From Thermofilaceae archaeon (GTDB lineage: Archaea; Thermoproteota; Thermoprotei; Thermofilales; Thermofilaceae), in contig JAWCCZ010000001.1 in the NCBI GenBank assembly GCA_038861545.1, forward strand, positions 224,001 through 288,000: 64,000 bases of DNA, in the 5' to 3' direction. Under the pieces are notes generated by a model. That model ran no database searches. It had not been told where the DNA came from and worked only from the letters and a program-made list of their open reading frames with translations. Below are positions 1 to 9,558 of this stretch, piece after piece (position 1 is the first letter of the stretch; every line of letters starts with the position of its first letter). A program made the position numbers and the translations under genes.

Positions 1-34
1 GCTGAAGTTTAAAGCGCTCCAGCTCTACCGACAT
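1..34 (-). CDS. Possible 5' end of a gene running off the window (MSVELERFKLQ...)
   Basis: ATG at 34 on the minus strand, preceded by a GAAGGGG RBS-like motif and open to the window edge. Only 11 codons are visible. Confidence 0.3.
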   Translation of the reverse strand, partial: MSVELERFKLQ

Positions 35-188
35 TTTATAAACCCCTTCTACGTCATTCTAAAAATATATTGCTACTCAATAGAGATACGCAATTATCGT
101 AACAGTTATTTTAACACAGAATGCCGAAACTTACGGTCTGCGACGTGTCTAACTTAAACAGGTTATTTACATTAACCTTTGCTGAGCT

Positions 189-458
189 ATGATTCCGATA
201 GGCAAGATCGTGAAAGTGACTCATAATGGAAAATTGATAGTCAAGGCCGAAGCTATACCAAAGCTTGGCGCAGAGGTTCACGATGCATCCACTAGCTTGG
301 TAGGGTATGTTGATGATATTATAGGCCCGGTAGCTTCACCCTACATAGTCGTTAGGGCATCTGGGCAAGGGATTAAACAACCTGAGCATCTCATGAATCG
401 TATGCTGTACACAGTTAGCGTAACAAAAAAGTTACACATCAAGGGTGGTAGGACATGA
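189..458 (+). CDS. gar1: H/ACA RNP protein Gar1/Naf1
   Basis: 89 aa with a VGYVDDIIGPVASPYIVV motif. Lies directly upstream of tfb, as in other crenarchaea. Confidence 0.85.
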   Translation: MIPIGKIVKVTHNGKLIVKAEAIPKLGAEVHDASTSLVGYVDDIIGPVASPYIVVRASGQGIKQPEHLMNRMLYTVSVTKKLHIKGGRT

Positions 459-1330
459 ATGAAATATGCCCACAATGCGGATCTGAAAAAGTAATTTTCG
501 ATTCAGCTATTGGTGAACGAAAATGTTCTGAGTGCGGTTACGTTATAGAGGAGACAATTATAGATTTAGGACCTGATTGGAGAGCGTATGACCACCAACA
601 AATGTTGCTTCGAGCGAGAGCAGAGCCAATTAATCCTCAGCGCGAAGTATGGACACTTATAGGGAGCAAAGCTGGTTTAAGCGCGGTTAAGCGGGCCGAG
701 TTTGGTAGACTTTCTGTAATACAGGAGTTTATATCTAAGGAGGGTGAGAGAGGATTAACGCATGGGTGGAATGAAGTAAGCAGACTTGCCGCCGCAATAC
801 AAGCCTCGCCACAAGTGAAGGATGAGGCTATAAGGCTATTTTCACTGGCTCAAAGAGAGGGGTTACTCAAAGGAAGAAGCATACAAGGAATAGCGGCCGC
901 GAGCATAGCTTTAGCATGTAGGGAGTATGGGCTCCCAAACCCTATTCCTAGATTATGTGAATATGTCTCCACCAGCTCAAAGGACTTAAGGAGATGTTAT
1001 TTGTTTTTATTGGAAAACTTAGGAGGGGAGCTGAAGCTCAAACCACCAGATCCTATGAAGTACATACCAATGATCGCAAACAGATTAGGCTTAAGCGTAG
1101 AAGTTCAGCGCACGGCAGCCAAAATTTTAACGACTGTAGCTGAAGCCCGTATTTTACTAGGTAAACCTCCACGAAGCTTAGCAGTTGCCGCGCTTTACAT
1201 AGCTTCTATAATACATCGCGAGCGTAGATCTAGAGTGGATTTTGCGGCGACTGTCGGTATAACAGAGACGACTCTAAGGAAGCATGTAAAAGAACTTATT
1301 AAAAAATTGGATATAGAGATTCTCATTTGA
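455..1330 (+). CDS. tfb: Transcription initiation factor IIB
   Basis: N-terminal Zn ribbon CPQC...CSECG, IDLGPDWRAY B-reader, and two cyclin repeats (GRSIQGIAAA, GKPPRSLAVAALY). Confidence 0.95.
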   Translation: MNEICPQCGSEKVIFDSAIGERKCSECGYVIEETIIDLGPDWRAYDHQQMLLRARAEPINPQREVWTLIGSKAGLSAVKRAEFGRLSVIQEFISKEGERGLTHGWNEVSRLAAAIQASPQVKDEAIRLFSLAQREGLLKGRSIQGIAAASIALACREYGLPNPIPRLCEYVSTSSKDLRRCYLFLLENLGGELKLKPPDPMKYIPMIANRLGLSVEVQRTAAKILTTVAEARILLGKPPRSLAVAALYIASIIHRERRSRVDFAATVGITETTLRKHVKELIKKLDIEILI

Positions 1331-1382
1331 AAAACAAGAAGGGCAAGTTAATATAGCCTGCGTTTTACTCTAATCATAGGGT

Positions 1383-1778
1383 ATGCGTAGCGAAGCCAAA
1401 GAACTCAAATTAAGCGAAGGCGGTGGAGATCAAATAGAGAAACGCATACTCGATATAGTTTCGGCATCCGGTGATGCTGGTGTGCTGCAACGGAACATAT
1501 GGCAATTGTTGAACTTAGATAGCAGAAAAGGAAGCAAGATAGTAAAACGACTCGAGCGCATGGGATTCATCGCCAGAGAGGTTGTAGTCCATAAAGGAAG
1601 AAAAATGTATGTATTGAAGCCAACACCTAGGTTACTGCGCGCCCCACAATTGCCGCAATTGTTAGAGGCTATTCCATGCTTTTACTGTCCGCTTCTCGCT
1701 TCTTGCTCCAATGAACAGCACAGAGTTTTAAATTGTGAGAAATTGAACGAGTGGATCACAAACGGGGTGGATGGGTGA
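1383..1778 (+). CDS. Rpc34-like winged-helix / Fe-S protein (TFE beta subunit homologue)
   Basis: wHTH followed by a PCFYC-x5-C-x8-C Cys cluster. Adjacent to tfb. Confidence 0.8.
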   Translation: MRSEAKELKLSEGGGDQIEKRILDIVSASGDAGVLQRNIWQLLNLDSRKGSKIVKRLERMGFIAREVVVHKGRKMYVLKPTPRLLRAPQLPQLLEAIPCFYCPLLASCSNEQHRVLNCEKLNEWITNGVDG

Positions 1779-2335
1779 GCAGAGTTCGGTGCTTTGTAGC
1801 TGTGGATGTTGACGATCCTGATGTTATCTCAAGAGTCACTAGGATTCAGCAGCAGATTAATGAAACCGGCGCTAAGCTGAAGATCGTAGAGCCTGAAAAC
1901 CTTCATCTCACTTTGAGATTTATCGGCGAGATTGAAGAAGAGCAGGTTGGCAGAATAGTAAGAGCTTTAGAACGTATCGAATTCGCAGGCTTCCAAGTTG
2001 AGTTCGTTAATCTAGGAGCTTTTCCTAATAATCGTAGGCCTCGCGTTATATGGATTGGAGTAAGAAAGGGGGCTGCTGAACTAGCCGAACTCAGTGTAAA
2101 AGTAAACTTAGTTCTATCTGAGCTAAGATTGCCTAAACCTGAGGAGGAGTTTACTCCACATTTGACTATCGCAAGAGTAAAAACTGGCATAGGGTCGCTG
2201 ACAACTTTCATAGATAAGAACTCAGATGTGGAGATAGGTATGATGACTGTCGATTCCCTTAGGCTTAAAAAAAGTATACTAACGCCTCGGGGGCCTATCT
2301 ACGAAACGCTTTACGAGAAAAAGGCAACCGGGTAA
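1775..2335 (+). CDS. thpR: RNA 2',3'-cyclic phosphodiesterase (2H family)
   Basis: Two HxT motifs (HLTL, HLTI). Likely GTG start at 1775 overlapping the upstream TGA. Confidence 0.93.
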   Translation: MSRVRCFVAVDVDDPDVISRVTRIQQQINETGAKLKIVEPENLHLTLRFIGEIEEEQVGRIVRALERIEFAGFQVEFVNLGAFPNNRRPRVIWIGVRKGAAELAELSVKVNLVLSELRLPKPEEEFTPHLTIARVKTGIGSLTTFIDKNSDVEIGMMTVDSLRLKKSILTPRGPIYETLYEKKATG

Positions 2336-2341
2336 ATAAGG

Positions 2342-3724
2342 ATGAATTTTCATGAGATACTTGCTGAAGTTTTAAGACGTGAGACCCCGACGGAAAACAA
2401 GACACTTGAAGTTACTCAAACCGTTCAGCAAGTATTAACTACTTTGAAACAAACACTGAACACTGAGGACGTGAAAGCCGAGGTAGAGGTGGAAGGATCA
2501 TTTGCAAAAGGTACATGGTTACCAGAAGATGTAGACGTCGATATTTTCTTGCTATTCGACCCAGTAATACCACTGGAGAAGTTAAGAGAGATTGGTTTAA
2601 GAATCGCGGTTAAAGCCGCTGAGAGCCTAGGGGTTAACTATAAAAGAATGTATGCATCTCATCCTTACCTTACGCTGGAACTGCATACTTGCGAGGTCGA
2701 CATAGTACCAGCTTACAAGGTGTTTTCCCCATCCGAGATTAAATCCCCCGTAGATCGAACACCTTTCCATACAAAATATGTGAAAACTCGATTGGAGGAT
2801 AAACCTGAGCTAAAAGGAGAAATAAGAATGCTGAAGAGGTTCATGAAGGGAATCGGGGTTTACGGTGCTGAAATACGGGTTGAGGGCTTTTCCGGCTACT
2901 TGGTTGAGCTTCTAACCATACACTTTAATTCATTTGTTTCAACTCTGAAGGCGGCGTCTACCTGGAAACCATACAAAGTAGTTATAGATCTGGAAAACTA
3001 CTACAGTGACCCCAAAGAGGCACTGAAAAAGTTCCATGAACCGCTTATAGTGGTGGATCCCGTGGATTCTAAGAGAAATGTAGCTAGCCCTGTTTCACTT
3101 GAATGTATGTGTAGGTTCATCGCGGCGTCTAGGGCATTCCTACGAGCCCCTAACTTAAGCTTCTTCTACCCCGCTAAAACGGGCCAGCTCCCCGAGCTTC
3201 AAGAATTACTGAAGTCAAGGGCTATCGTAGCCTTACATATTGAAATACCAGAGCTACTGGAAGACATCCTTTGGGGACAAGCTAAAAGAGCGCTTAAAGC
3301 ATTAAGCCATGGACTTGAAAAGTACGGTTTCAGCGTCTTAGCCTCCACGGCTTGGTCACAAGGCAAGGAACTAATCCTACTTTTCGAGCTTGAAGAACTC
3401 ATGCTACCCTCCTTGGAGAAACACTACGGTCCACCCGTGTACTCAAGCCATGATGTTAAATTCCTTGAAACATATGCAAGCTCGGTCGCCGGCCCCTACG
3501 TTGAAGGGGAAAGATGGGTTGTAATAAGGCCTCGCCGAGTAAGGCGAGCGGAGGATGCTGTATCAAAGCTACTGTCCTCCTATAACATTGGCGAACACTT
3601 AACATCTAGCTTAAAGGCTGGTTATAAATTATTCATTGGTGAAAGCGTTATAGATGCATCGAGTAATGAAAATTTTAGAACCTTCTTGGCTGAGTGGCTT
3701 ATTCGGAAACCCTCGTGGAGTTAA
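2342..3724 (+). CDS. cca: Class I CCA-adding enzyme
   Basis: GSFAKGTW...DVDIF nucleotidyltransferase motif, plus DRTPFH, GFSGYLVELL and DPVD.KRNVA motifs. Confidence 0.96.
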   Translation: MNFHEILAEVLRRETPTENKTLEVTQTVQQVLTTLKQTLNTEDVKAEVEVEGSFAKGTWLPEDVDVDIFLLFDPVIPLEKLREIGLRIAVKAAESLGVNYKRMYASHPYLTLELHTCEVDIVPAYKVFSPSEIKSPVDRTPFHTKYVKTRLEDKPELKGEIRMLKRFMKGIGVYGAEIRVEGFSGYLVELLTIHFNSFVSTLKAASTWKPYKVVIDLENYYSDPKEALKKFHEPLIVVDPVDSKRNVASPVSLECMCRFIAASRAFLRAPNLSFFYPAKTGQLPELQELLKSRAIVALHIEIPELLEDILWGQAKRALKALSHGLEKYGFSVLASTAWSQGKELILLFELEELMLPSLEKHYGPPVYSSHDVKFLETYASSVAGPYVEGERWVVIRPRRVRRAEDAVSKLLSSYNIGEHLTSSLKAGYKLFIGESVIDASSNENFRTFLAEWLIRKPSWS

Positions 3725-4443
3725 GTATTTGGAAGTTAAAGCCAAGATATTTATATATCCTTACATACCCCTCCGTGTCCCTAAACGCTGCTAGGCAAAG
3801 GTTAGTAGAGTTGAACATGCTGGGAGTTGATAAACTAATGTTCGAAGGTCCTGTAGAAATAAACGGCGTCCATGTAATCGCGAAAGGCACCACGGGAGTG
3901 GTAGTTAAAGGTGTAAGAAAGGATCAGAAAGTAGCTATAAAAATCAGGAGGGTTGATGCAAACAGGCAATCTCTATTAAGTGAAGCAACAAAGCTGCGCT
4001 TAGCAAACACAGTTGGTATAGGACCACGGCTTCTGGCAGCGTCTAGAAATTTTTTGGTCTGGAGTTTCGTTGAAGGAATCGAGTTAGAGGAGTGGATTCC
4101 GCAAGCAGATGCGAAGGATGTGCGTAAGGTGGTTCGCGAGCTATTCCGCCAGGCCATAATTTTAGATTCTCTCGGTTTAATACATCAAGAATTATCTAGA
4201 GTAGGGAACCATGTAATGGTCACTCCTGGATTACAACCTGTTATATTTGACTTCGAAACAGCTAGTCTAAGTAGCAGTAGAAGTAACTTAACTCAATTAG
4301 TTAATGCGCTTTTAATCAGAGAATCACTCATTTCAGAGAAAGTACAGCGAGCATTTAATGTGAAGCGTGACTATATCCTCCAAATCATAAAGGTTTACAA
4401 AAAGACTCGCAATCCTAACAGCCTAAGTGTTTTACTAAGCTAG
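3694..4443 (+). CDS. RIO/Bud32-like atypical Ser/Thr protein kinase
   Basis: KGTTGVV Gly loop, VAIK, IHQEL and IFDFE motifs. Commonly found next to cca. Confidence 0.8.
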   Translation: MAYSETLVELSIWKLKPRYLYILTYPSVSLNAARQRLVELNMLGVDKLMFEGPVEINGVHVIAKGTTGVVVKGVRKDQKVAIKIRRVDANRQSLLSEATKLRLANTVGIGPRLLAASRNFLVWSFVEGIELEEWIPQADAKDVRKVVRELFRQAIILDSLGLIHQELSRVGNHVMVTPGLQPVIFDFETASLSSSRSNLTQLVNALLIRESLISEKVQRAFNVKRDYILQIIKVYKKTRNPNSLSVLLS

Positions 4444-4444
4444 A

Positions 4445-6709
4445 TCAAACTATTGGTGAACCTTCAATTGATCCAATTGAGACCAAACCTGTCAACCTTT
4501 TATTGTTTACCTGTTCTAATATCTTAAATGCTTTCCCCTTTGATAAAACCTTATTGTTGTTACCACAGTAAGGTGAGTATATACATTTTGGGCAGCCATC
4601 CTCACAATCGCATAACCTTAAAATCCTTAAAGCTTTTGAAAAGGTATCTTCAAACCGTTCAAAAAGTAGTTTTGAACAGCCGGAGCCACCTGGATAGGCA
4701 TCGTAAATAAATATGTGACCAGTTGGAAAGCTGATTCCTCCTAGATCGGTTAGGCCAGCGCCAACTGCTGCTTGAGCAGCTGTGATAAGCACATGCTCGA
4801 TCGCATGGAATGCCTCTGCATTTCCGATTGAATCCCATGCCGGGTTTATGGGGAATCTTAAAAGCACACCTTTAGTGGCAAATCCATACGCGTACTCTTT
4901 TTCAAGAATTGTTTCACGCAGTGTTGCTCCACTTTCGAAATCTCTTGTAACATAACCGTATACCACTTCCCTTACACTTAACTTCCCATATTCGATACTT
5001 GATCCTAAAACTTTTCGGGAAATCTCAGGCGAAAAACTTTCGGGGGCTGAGTAGTAAAGCGCGCTAGTCACTAAACTGTAATGGCTCGGTAGCCTTGTGA
5101 CCACAGCCCGTGTAGGGGATAGCTCAACGGATAGATAGGTTTCACCACCATGAAGGTATACTCCTCCCGGGAAAAGCTCCTTTAATGCTGCAGGCATGTC
5201 CCTAAGTCCAATAAGTCTCCCCCTAACGTCGTATATCTTTACAACTTCACCCGTACCTCTCAAACCAGGTCTTTTCCGCAGGTAGCGAGAGCCAGCAGAA
5301 GCACATTTAATGTACTTTCCTCCTTTAACAATTTTTAAGAAGCCGCTTTTCAGAAGCTCGTTAGCAATTTTACTCTCGAAAATTTCTAGTTCATCCACCC
5401 GTAGCGGTAGATCCGCAGCTGTAGCAGTCAACTGAATTTTCGCGACTTCTTCGTTATGTGCTTCTATTGCTATAGGTTCAGGTTCTTTACTAAAGAATTC
5501 ATCTGGAAAGTTTGCATAGTATTGGCTGATAGGATCATCTCCTAAAACGGTTAATACGTATGCTTTCCTCCCTCTTCTTCCACAGCGCCCGGTTCGTTGC
5601 ACGTACTTACTGAAAGATGGGGGTATGTTAGCTAGAATCACGCAGTCAAGGTCGCCGATATCTATTCCTAACTCTAGTGTCGGAGTTGCTGTAACGGCCA
5701 TGATTTCACCGTCTCTCAATCCTTTCTCAACTTCCCTACGTTGTTCAGGTAATAGTCCAGCTCTATGTACATAAACGTCAATGTTGAGCTTTTGGCATAA
5801 CCTGAAAATCAGCTCCACAGCCCTATGGCTATCAGCAAATGCTACAGTCTTCAACCCTTTTCTCACACAAGTAGCAATTAAAGCAGCAACTTCAGCGAGC
5901 CTAGATCTCGCAGTAGGTTTTAACATTGCATGTATAACAGCGCTTCGCCTACCGGATCCCAAATGGATAACATTTACTTTATCTCTAAACAGAGATTGAG
6001 CGAATTCTTTCGGGTTACCTATTGTAGCGCTAGTTCCGACAAAAATCGGTTTATTATATAAAATTCTCTTTAACCTTTTCAGCACGTAACTTACATGTGC
6101 GCCTAAAACCCCACTGTAAGCATGAGCATCGTCTAGGACAACATACCTGGCGGTTGAGCACAATATTCTGAACTCCCGCGAGTTCATTAAACCGTAATGC
6201 AGCATATCGGGATTTGTAAGCAATATTTGAGGGGGAAAACTATAGATCGTTTGTCTTTCTTTATCTTTGGTATCACCATCAAGGACTAAAGCTCTAATCC
6301 CGAAAAGAAGGTTAACAAAGGAATTAATGCGTGCTACCTGGTCGCGTGCGAGTGCCTTAGTGGGATAAATCAGTATAGCATGTACTTGCGGCGTGGGATC
6401 CCGTAAAACATCCTCAAGTACCGGGATAAGAAATGCTTCAGTTTTTCCGGTTCCAGTTCCAGCCACTACAAAAGTATTTGACCCCTCTTTAATCGACTTT
6501 ATAGCCTCGGCTTGGAAACGGTATAGCTTGCCTATACCTCTTTTTCTTAGAGCTTCTATAAGAATTTCGGAAGACACGATCTCTTCTACTGATGGCCCTG
6601 GTTCTAGCGGCAGGGGTTTCTCAAGGTATACTTTTACAACTCTATGCCCTTCATCTTTACGCAGCTCATTGATTAACTCATCAGAGTCGGAAAACTCCTC
6701 GAAAGTCAC
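4445..6709 (-). CDS. SF2 DEAH helicase with C-terminal DUF1998 Zn domain (Hrq1/MrfA/SftH-like)
   Basis: GTGTGKT, DDAH, SAT, TLELGIDIG and QRTGRCGR motifs, with C-terminal CDCEDGCPKC. Confidence 0.92.
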   Translation of the reverse strand: MTFEEFSDSDELINELRKDEGHRVVKVYLEKPLPLEPGPSVEEIVSSEILIEALRKRGIGKLYRFQAEAIKSIKEGSNTFVVAGTGTGKTEAFLIPVLEDVLRDPTPQVHAILIYPTKALARDQVARINSFVNLLFGIRALVLDGDTKDKERQTIYSFPPQILLTNPDMLHYGLMNSREFRILCSTARYVVLDDAHAYSGVLGAHVSYVLKRLKRILYNKPIFVGTSATIGNPKEFAQSLFRDKVNVIHLGSGRRSAVIHAMLKPTARSRLAEVAALIATCVRKGLKTVAFADSHRAVELIFRLCQKLNIDVYVHRAGLLPEQRREVEKGLRDGEIMAVTATPTLELGIDIGDLDCVILANIPPSFSKYVQRTGRCGRRGRKAYVLTVLGDDPISQYYANFPDEFFSKEPEPIAIEAHNEEVAKIQLTATAADLPLRVDELEIFESKIANELLKSGFLKIVKGGKYIKCASAGSRYLRKRPGLRGTGEVVKIYDVRGRLIGLRDMPAALKELFPGGVYLHGGETYLSVELSPTRAVVTRLPSHYSLVTSALYYSAPESFSPEISRKVLGSSIEYGKLSVREVVYGYVTRDFESGATLRETILEKEYAYGFATKGVLLRFPINPAWDSIGNAEAFHAIEHVLITAAQAAVGAGLTDLGGISFPTGHIFIYDAYPGGSGCSKLLFERFEDTFSKALRILRLCDCEDGCPKCIYSPYCGNNNKVLSKGKAFKILEQVNNKRLTGLVSIGSIEGSPIV

Positions 6710-7384
6710 GTTGTGTTAAATAATTGCATCCTCTTAAAGTTGCTATGGCTTTACTAGCCCTTAACCGCTAACGTTTACCTTTTTCTATCTAACGTACATA
6801 ATTTCGCTAGCTTTTAGCTGCTACGAGCCTTCTGTTATCAGCTTCCGATATCGGTGAGCCATTATCTACTATTTCTCTGGCAATACCTCTTAAAATACTT
6901 TGATTGGGTAAAAACACCTTCATTTTTTGTTTAGCATTGATGCAGTAGATCTTAGTCCCTGATTATTGAATTAGCACACTTATTCAAAGTGTATTATAAC
7001 ATTCATCAAAGCCTGTAAGAAAAGCCTTGAGTAGCAGAAGCCCTGGGTACCGGCTATTAAGTAGTTCGCGAAGAATGACCCTCGTAATCGATAACTCACA
7101 GGCAGTCATTGTTTACGTTTATGCCATTTAGAGCAACAGGTAGCGTAATTTACTTGTAAAGAGCTTATAACCTAGCAAACCCTTTCTCTTATTCACGATT
7201 ACATTGCTCAACCATTTAGTTCACACTTTAATAGTTGCCTAGTAAGTCTCGGGTTTATGAGTTGAAAATAAGTAAATGTCTCTGTACATTATGCGTATAT
7301 GTAACTTGGATATTCTTCTTGGAGGCCAGATAAATCTGAAGGCATCTTTTCCCTTATCGTAGTATTATTATGGAAATCAAAACC

Positions 7385-7392
7385 TTATATAA
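7385..7392 (+). promoter_or_regulatory. TATA box of the epimerase gene
   Basis: TTATATAA with an A-rich BRE-like segment upstream, about 20 nt before the GTG at 7412. Confidence 0.55.
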
Positions 7393-7411
7393 AAGAGAAC
7401 GTTAAGGAAGT

Positions 7412-8518
7412 GTGGAATGGCCACGGGTAATTGGTGTAGAAATTTTTAGCGGGGAGCTACCCTATCATGAACCATTTACAATTGCTTTAGGTACGTCTAC
7501 AGCATCTTGGAATATAACTGTAAGAGTGATGGTTGAGGATGGTTCCGAGGGTTGGGGTGAAGGATCTCCATCATACTCTATACTCGGTGAGACTAGAGGT
7601 CTAGTAGTATCGTGGGCGAAGAAGCTAGCTGAAAAGCTTTTGATGGAAAAATGTAGTAGCCTTGAGCACCTTTATCTGCTATGCTCAGCCTCCCGTTCAC
7701 CGAGCGCAGCTGCTGCTATCGAAGAGGCTGTCCTTGATGCTTGGGCTAAGGGGGTCGGGCTCAGTGTAACCAGATTGCTTGGAGGTCCTTTTAGAGATAA
7801 GATTGAGACAGATGTTACGATTGGGATAATGAAACCTGAGGACCAAGCGGCTAGGGCTGTTAAGTACGTTGAACAAGGCTTTAGAATACTGAAAATTAAG
7901 CTTGGAGCAGATCCGGATGAAGACATCCAAAGGGTTCGCGCGGTAAGGGATGCCGTTGGTGAAGGAGTACGAATCAGGGTTGATGCAAACCAGGGATGGA
8001 GTGTGGAAAACGCTATGCGTGTAGTCAGTAAGCTGGCTAGCTACGACATAGAGTATGTAGAGCAACCAGTGAAATGGGATGATATTAATGGGTTAGCAAC
8101 TGTTCGCAAGAACTCTCCTCTACCAATAGCTGTAGATGAAAGCGTTAAGACTGCTGTTGATGTATTTAAAGTCGCTAAAGCGGAAGCTGCAGACATAGTT
8201 AACATTAAAGTGATGAAAAGTGGAGGGTTACTTGGAGCTCTTAGAGTAGCCCATGCAAGCGAGGCCGCGGGTCTGGAAAACATGATCGGCTGCATGGGAG
8301 AAGGTAGGCTTGGAATAACGGGAGCTGTTTGTCTAGCAGGGAGCGTGTTTAACATAAAGTACTTTGACCTAGATTCAGATATCCTTCTAGCTTCTGACTA
8401 TGCAGGCGGGGGATCCCGCGTCGATAAAGGTAAGCGCGAAGTGCCCAATGTACCGGGACTAGGCGTCGAAGTCGATAGGCTAAAGCTCACAAGGCTCGCT
8501 TTGATAGGCGAAATATAA
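7412..8518 (+). CDS. Enolase-superfamily dipeptide epimerase (L-Ala-D/L-Glu epimerase-like)
   Basis: KIK, DANQG, EQP, DES, NIKVMKSGG and DLD motifs. Confidence 0.88.
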   Translation: MEWPRVIGVEIFSGELPYHEPFTIALGTSTASWNITVRVMVEDGSEGWGEGSPSYSILGETRGLVVSWAKKLAEKLLMEKCSSLEHLYLLCSASRSPSAAAAIEEAVLDAWAKGVGLSVTRLLGGPFRDKIETDVTIGIMKPEDQAARAVKYVEQGFRILKIKLGADPDEDIQRVRAVRDAVGEGVRIRVDANQGWSVENAMRVVSKLASYDIEYVEQPVKWDDINGLATVRKNSPLPIAVDESVKTAVDVFKVAKAEAADIVNIKVMKSGGLLGALRVAHASEAAGLENMIGCMGEGRLGITGAVCLAGSVFNIKYFDLDSDILLASDYAGGGSRVDKGKREVPNVPGLGVEVDRLKLTRLALIGEI

Positions 8519-8559
8519 CTTAGACGAGCATGCGATTCTCTCTGTGATGGTTGTTACAA

Positions 8560-9477
8560 TTAAGGACTCAACGCGGCACGTGTGAGCCTAATGTAATTTC
8601 TACCCGCTCTTTTCTCAACTATGATTAACCCCATATCTTCTAATCGTTTTAGTCTTCTCCAGAGTGTGGTTGTAGGCAAGTTAACAACTTTCTGTAGCTC
8701 GCTCTGGAAAGCTCCGCCCCCCATTTTCTTTAAACCATTAATTATTAACATATCTTCTTCGCTTAACTTTTCTAAAGCTTCTTTCATTGCTTTTCTACGA
8801 ATAACTAGCACAGCTATTAATACTAACGCTAGGATAGCAGCAAAAACTATGGCATATTGTATGGTAAATTCAAGTAGACCTTTAGTTTCAGTGCTACTTC
8901 CCTTGGGTTGTTCAGAAGGTCTGCTAACGCCATCCTGCTGGGATTCGCTGGAAGGTTGTTGATACGGTGTATACATGAATACGTATCCAACAACTATTTC
9001 ACCAGGCTCGAAAAGAAAAGACATCGAGTTTTTTACTATGGTTATTTCTTCGGGCGCCTTATTAAGATATGTTACAGTAGTGTTAGGTGGAAGAGTGATG
9101 TTGACCATGTACGGGGAGGAGAAATTAACGTACCAGATTTTGCCCATTTTATATGTTAAAGTTTGCGTATAATACGAGATTCTTATCTCGTTAGTGTCAA
9201 TACATACTACGTTAATGGTCCCTAACGTATTATTTAATTCATAAGCTAGAGGCTCATTAAACTCATCGGTCACAAACAGTAAGAGTGAGGGATCCGGAAT
9301 ACCCACCAAAGGAATGGTTAATTCGATGAGTCCCTCCGTGTAGACTACGTATTTAACTTGAGCCATCCCCCCGTCTAGTATTGTAATAGAAACTTTGGAA
9401 GTCTGCCCCTTCACCGGCACACAAATTAGTAGAAAACCTAACAATGCAGTGAGTGCCAGAGCACCGCCTTTTCTCAC
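8560..9477 (-). CDS. Membrane-tethered winged-helix transcription regulator with an extracellular domain
   Basis: Signal peptide, beta-rich domain, S/Q/P linker, one TM helix followed by RRK, then C-terminal wHTH (QSELQK...TTLWRRLKRLEDMGLI). Confidence 0.8.
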   Translation of the reverse strand: MRKGGALALTALLGFLLICVPVKGQTSKVSITILDGGMAQVKYVVYTEGLIELTIPLVGIPDPSLLLFVTDEFNEPLAYELNNTLGTINVVCIDTNEIRISYYTQTLTYKMGKIWYVNFSSPYMVNITLPPNTTVTYLNKAPEEITIVKNSMSFLFEPGEIVVGYVFMYTPYQQPSSESQQDGVSRPSEQPKGSSTETKGLLEFTIQYAIVFAAILALVLIAVLVIRRKAMKEALEKLSEEDMLIINGLKKMGGGAFQSELQKVVNLPTTTLWRRLKRLEDMGLIIVEKRAGRNYIRLTRAALSP

Positions 9478-9558
9478 AGAGGCTTAAGAGATGCCAATTA
9501 TTTAAGGCTGACTTACAAGAAGTAAAGTTAAAAAAATAAATATATTCCAGTCAATCCT

